This document shows, piece after piece, positions 60,501-64,000 of a stretch of 64,000 nt of DNA. Origin of the DNA: Catajapyx aquilonaris (Eukaryota); assembly GCA_000934665.2 (NCBI GenBank), contig JYFJ02001510.1, positions 1 to 64,000 of the forward strand. The letters run 5' to 3'. The first letter of the stretch is position 1. Every line of letters begins with the position of its first letter. The translations under genes were made by a program, and so were the position numbers. Below the pieces are notes generated by a model. The model saw only the letters and a program-made list of their open reading frames with translations. It was not told where the DNA came from and ran no database searches.

Positions 60501-63500
60501 CGGCGCCAGTACTTTCGCACCAACACTACATTCGCACGACAGATATAATTATTAACTCATGAAAGCATGGGGATAAAAGCTACTAACAATCCCTAAGGCA
60601 ACAAGTGAATCACATCATATCACTGATGCATTTGCAGGTGATGTGACAGGTGCAAGTGGAAATGTGCCCATGTAACTTCTTTCATTATGGTTTATGTAGT
60701 TTTACTGATATGCAAAGAAAGAAAGGGACTTTGATATGTTGCAATATCTTATTCCAGCATGATATGTATGGGATTCGTGACAGATACGTACGTCTGCAAG
60801 AGTTTCCATTTAGTTCAGAGCAGAAGATCATGGCAGTGAAGTGTGTTGCCAGAAATGGTCCGGTGAGTTGCAATTTCATCACTATTCAACATATATTAGT
60901 AGAATAGAAATTGGTGAAGCTAAAAAAGCTCATGATTTCACTAGCCATTTGTGAAAACCTTTACTATAAGAACATGAATAACTTGTAAGAATTAAGAGCT
61001 TTAATTTAGTAAAATGTTCCGTTGTGGCTTCTGAAAATAACTTGCTTCTTTTCTCATATTTTTCAATGTTGTTGCATTAATATTGACATTGATTGGTCTT
61101 GGTGTCCAGGGAAAAGAAGAAGTATTCTTTGTGAAAGGTGCCCCAGACCGAGTGCTAGGGCAATGTGTCACTTATGAGAAGAATGGACAGCCTGTAGCCA
61201 TGGATCGAAAGAAGGAAGAGGAGTTCTTGGCCAAAACATATGAGCTTGGGAGGCAGGGACTCAGAGTTGTGGCACTTGCACGTGGTCCTAGCCTACAGGA
61301 ACTTGCTTTCCTTGGCGTGGCAGCCATGCATGATGCCTTGAGGCCAGATGCTCGTGAATGCATTCTCACACTGCAGGAGGGAGGGGTCAGTGTGAAAGTC
61401 CTCACTGGAGACATGCAGGAGACAGCATGTGCCATTGGTGAGTTTTGACGGCTATTCATGTGAGGAGAAACTAGTGGTTGAGTAGAAGTTGGGTTGGAGG
61501 TGCATATTGTATTGAGATGATACCGAGATATCAGCTATTATTGGTTCAAAATGTTACCTTTTGTGACATCCTCTCTAGGGGGTGCAATTGTGTGTGTTAT
61601 TTTTCTAATCCTCGTACCACAATTCCATCATACAAGTTTTATAATTATTACCGCAGTAAAACTATTAAGGCCAAAACACAAAGATTTTGCGGAAGCGTCA
61701 AGCGGCAAACGCCTGTCCCGCCAATTATTATTTATTATTGGCAATAATATGCCTGCGACAAATATGCCGCAACGCGCGCCGTTTTCCGCGCTTTTTTTTT
61801 TGTGAAATGGCCTTTATTGGTACAGTAACAATAAGCAGTACCATAAGGCTTGGTTACACCATTGCTGATACAGCCTCAAACCTGGGCTTGCTAACTGTTA
61901 AATTGTCAGCAACAGTAAACCGAAAGATGACAGTACGTTTGTTATAGAGCATCATGCCAGTTGGGGTTACCAGAGGCCAATACATCTGGGGGTACCTGTT
62001 AGACTGGTATTAAGTAGGGTTGTTTTTCTCAAGCTGTGCCACCCTAACTTTTAGAATTTTTATGGGGCATTTTATTGCCTGGGAGTGTTCCAAATGTCCC
62101 CACACCCGTGAAGGCCAGTCTACCATTTGAGGGGCAGTTGCCAATTCACATGGAAATATGGCCTTAGAATACACTGTAGGTGTAGGTCAATATAAATGTG
62201 TAAGGGATTGAATGGAAAATCCTGGTTTTTCTCAGGCTATGGGTGAGATTCTGGGCATTTGCACTTATGCACGATTGTAGAAAATGTGCTCCCATTCAAC
62301 GATTTCTGTTCATCCCAGATTTTGTGCTGACAACTTCTTGAATTGCCCTTAATTTGTGACCTTGCAACTGCCCCTTATTGCCATGCGTATCTTTTAAGTA
62401 GTTAAAATACCTACAAATCCTACTGCAGCTTAGCCACCAGATGGAAATATTCAAACATTTGGTCACCTCAATTTTACTTATATGCTGCTCTAAATGTGAA
62501 AATATGGTAAGCCTAATAACAGTGACAAACCCAGGTTTTAGTGTACCCCTGCAATGGTTAAATTCAACCTAAAGCTTTATAGAAGGAGCAGAAAGGTCCC
62601 TTCTGACCCCCCTGTTCTTCCCAAATGTTATCAAAATAGTCATGTCTTCTTATTTTCACTTCCTGTTTCCCTCCCCTCCTTTTCTCCTGCTGCTAGATGA
62701 AATAAAATTACTGTTGCTGGGAAACAAACTACTCCTGCAAGATGCTGGGCCGATTAGTGTAAAATGTTAAAATTGTTATAAATGAATCGGATGTGCATGG
62801 CTAACCCTCACAGCAACCCAGTGCTCATGGCACTTGGCGCAACTTTTCTTCCAATGGGGTCTCCTGGCAGTATGCAATGTTGGGTGGAGATCGATTATAC
62901 TGTACCTTTAGATATGACGATACAATCGGCACTACTTATCTAGCTGTGCCACACTCCTCAACTAGCTGTAAAAATAGGATAAGTCATCTTAATGTGGGGT
63001 TGCTGTACACTTGTTATTGTGAGAGTATTATATTTGTAAACATTTTGATTTAAATACTAGTTCACACAAGACACATTTTTGAGAGAATTCAAATTGTGGT
63101 ATAGGTCAACTAAGGAGTCAGAAATGTATTGGTTTTACTCGTGTACTGTACTTATTTTAGCTGAAGAATAATAATACAACACTCAAGTCTTAATATTGTG
63201 CTCATGAAAGCGATTAGGTTGTTTTGTTACTTGGTTATTCCGTGATTCATTTCGTGGATTTAAAGCATTAGTTCATCTTGTGAGGATTCATCAAAAATGG
63301 CACATGATATGACTTTGCAATTATCCTATTTCAGCATCCCTCCTTGGCTTGGAGGTGAGTCCTCGCACTGCCCTATCTGGAGACCATCTGGACTCCTTGG
63401 ACGACTCGCAACTGTCTTCAGCAGTCCCAATAGCCACAGTGTTTTATCGGGTTAGTCCTCGCCACAAGCTGAGGATAGTGAAGGCACTTCAAGCATCAGG

Positions 63501-63836
63501 GAAAGTGGTTGGAATGACAGGGGATGGGGTTAATGATGGGGTGGCCCTTAGGAAAGCAGACATTGGAATTGCCATGGGGAAGAATGGGACAGACGTGTGC
63601 AAAGAGGCTGCTGACATGATCCTGGTGGACGACGACTTCAGGACAATCTTGGCTGCTGTGGAGGAAGGAAAGGGGATCTTCCACAATATACGAAACTTTG
63701 TTCGCTTCCAGCTCTCCACCAGCATATCTGCCCTCTCCCTTATTGCTGTCTCTACCATGGCTGGAGTGCCCAACCCACTTAATGCCATGCAGATTCTCTG
63801 GATCAATATCCTCATGGATGGACCCCCTGCTCAGAG
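45544..63836 (+). CDS. ATP2C1: Secretory-pathway Ca2+/Mn2+-transporting P-type ATPase (SPCA, type 2C); 3' end lies beyond the window
   Basis: Exons 45544-45648 (putative first), 55273-56034, 57028-57295, 58103-58404, 60758-60862, 61110-61437 and 63335-63836 are in phase. Motifs: [85 protein letters not shown] and [15 protein letters not shown]. Confidence 0.95.
46124..46288. mobile_element. Tc1/mariner-type palindromic MITE
   Basis: TA|CAGGGTGA...AAGTCAGGATGCATAGGTAATTG ... CAATTACCTATGCATCCTGACTT...TCACCCTG|TA, with arms of about 65 bp. Confidence 0.82.
56109..56274. mobile_element. hAT (Charlie-like) MITE
   Basis: TIRs CAGTGGTTCCCAACC / GGTTGGAAACCACTG and an internal GCGACCC motif. The 8-bp flanks are degenerate (CTCGGGAG / CTTTTGAG). 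Confidence 0.72.
59069..60530. mobile_element. Long-TIR (foldback-like) non-autonomous element in an ATPase intron
   Basis: Inverted arms of about 460 bp (59069-~59529 and ~60070-60530) surround a ~540-bp spacer. The mirrored ORFs 59450-59157(-) and 60149-60562(+) translate to near-identical peptides, which confirms the inversion. The superfamily could not be determined. Confidence 0.75.
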
Positions 63837-64000
63837 GTAAGAGATACTCACTGTAAATTTTGGAATTGTGGACTCAGGAAAGTAAACTCCAAAGTAGGGA
63901 TTTGTTCAGTTGGTGTCAGTTGACTTGGGAAACAAGCTCATTGACCTAATATGAGAGTGGTCATCATATGGCAGATAGTGAGCAGTTAAAGATGAGATAG

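Noticed and set aside
59157..60562. Apparent duplicated protein-coding gene pair ([11 protein letters not shown]...)
   Set aside because: These are mirror translations of the inverted-repeat arms starting at GTG, with no coding evidence.
1..64000. CRISPR arrays, operons or prokaryotic defence systems
   Set aside because: The window is spliceosomal-intron-containing animal DNA, and I saw no regularly spaced repeat-spacer array.

Overview
Gene-dense, intron-containing animal genomic DNA, most likely arthropod (inferred from short 59-100 nt introns, CpG-depleted housekeeping genes, tRNA-derived SINEs and the SPCA N-terminus). I assembled spliced gene models by hand from GT/AG sites and exon phases. 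Left to right: a small CFAP77-like gene (-); JMJD4 (-) head-to-head with a P-loop kinase/2H-phosphodiesterase CNPase homolog (+); tRNA-Pro(CGG) (-); an AT-hook/C2H2 zinc-finger gene (-); an 18-exon, about 2,380-aa CUB/C-type lectin/EGF type-I membrane protein (-); SSR1/TRAP-alpha (-) head-to-head with a SPCA-type Ca2+/Mn2+ P-type ATPase (+, runs off the window). Introns hold Tc1/mariner-, Harbinger-, hAT- and pogo-type MITEs, two long foldback elements and two SINEs with target-site duplications. The most notable observations are: a CNPase that appears to use N-myristoylation instead of a CaaX anchor; a splice path from the receptor's last exon into the zinc-finger gene; a GC-AG intron acting as a possible C-terminal switch; the JMJD4 stop codon lying inside AATAAA and abutting an ATG; a palindromic transposon built from two 3' ends; and a candidate spliced antisense gene nested in the ATPase. 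No database searches were run, so all family assignments rest on recalled motifs.
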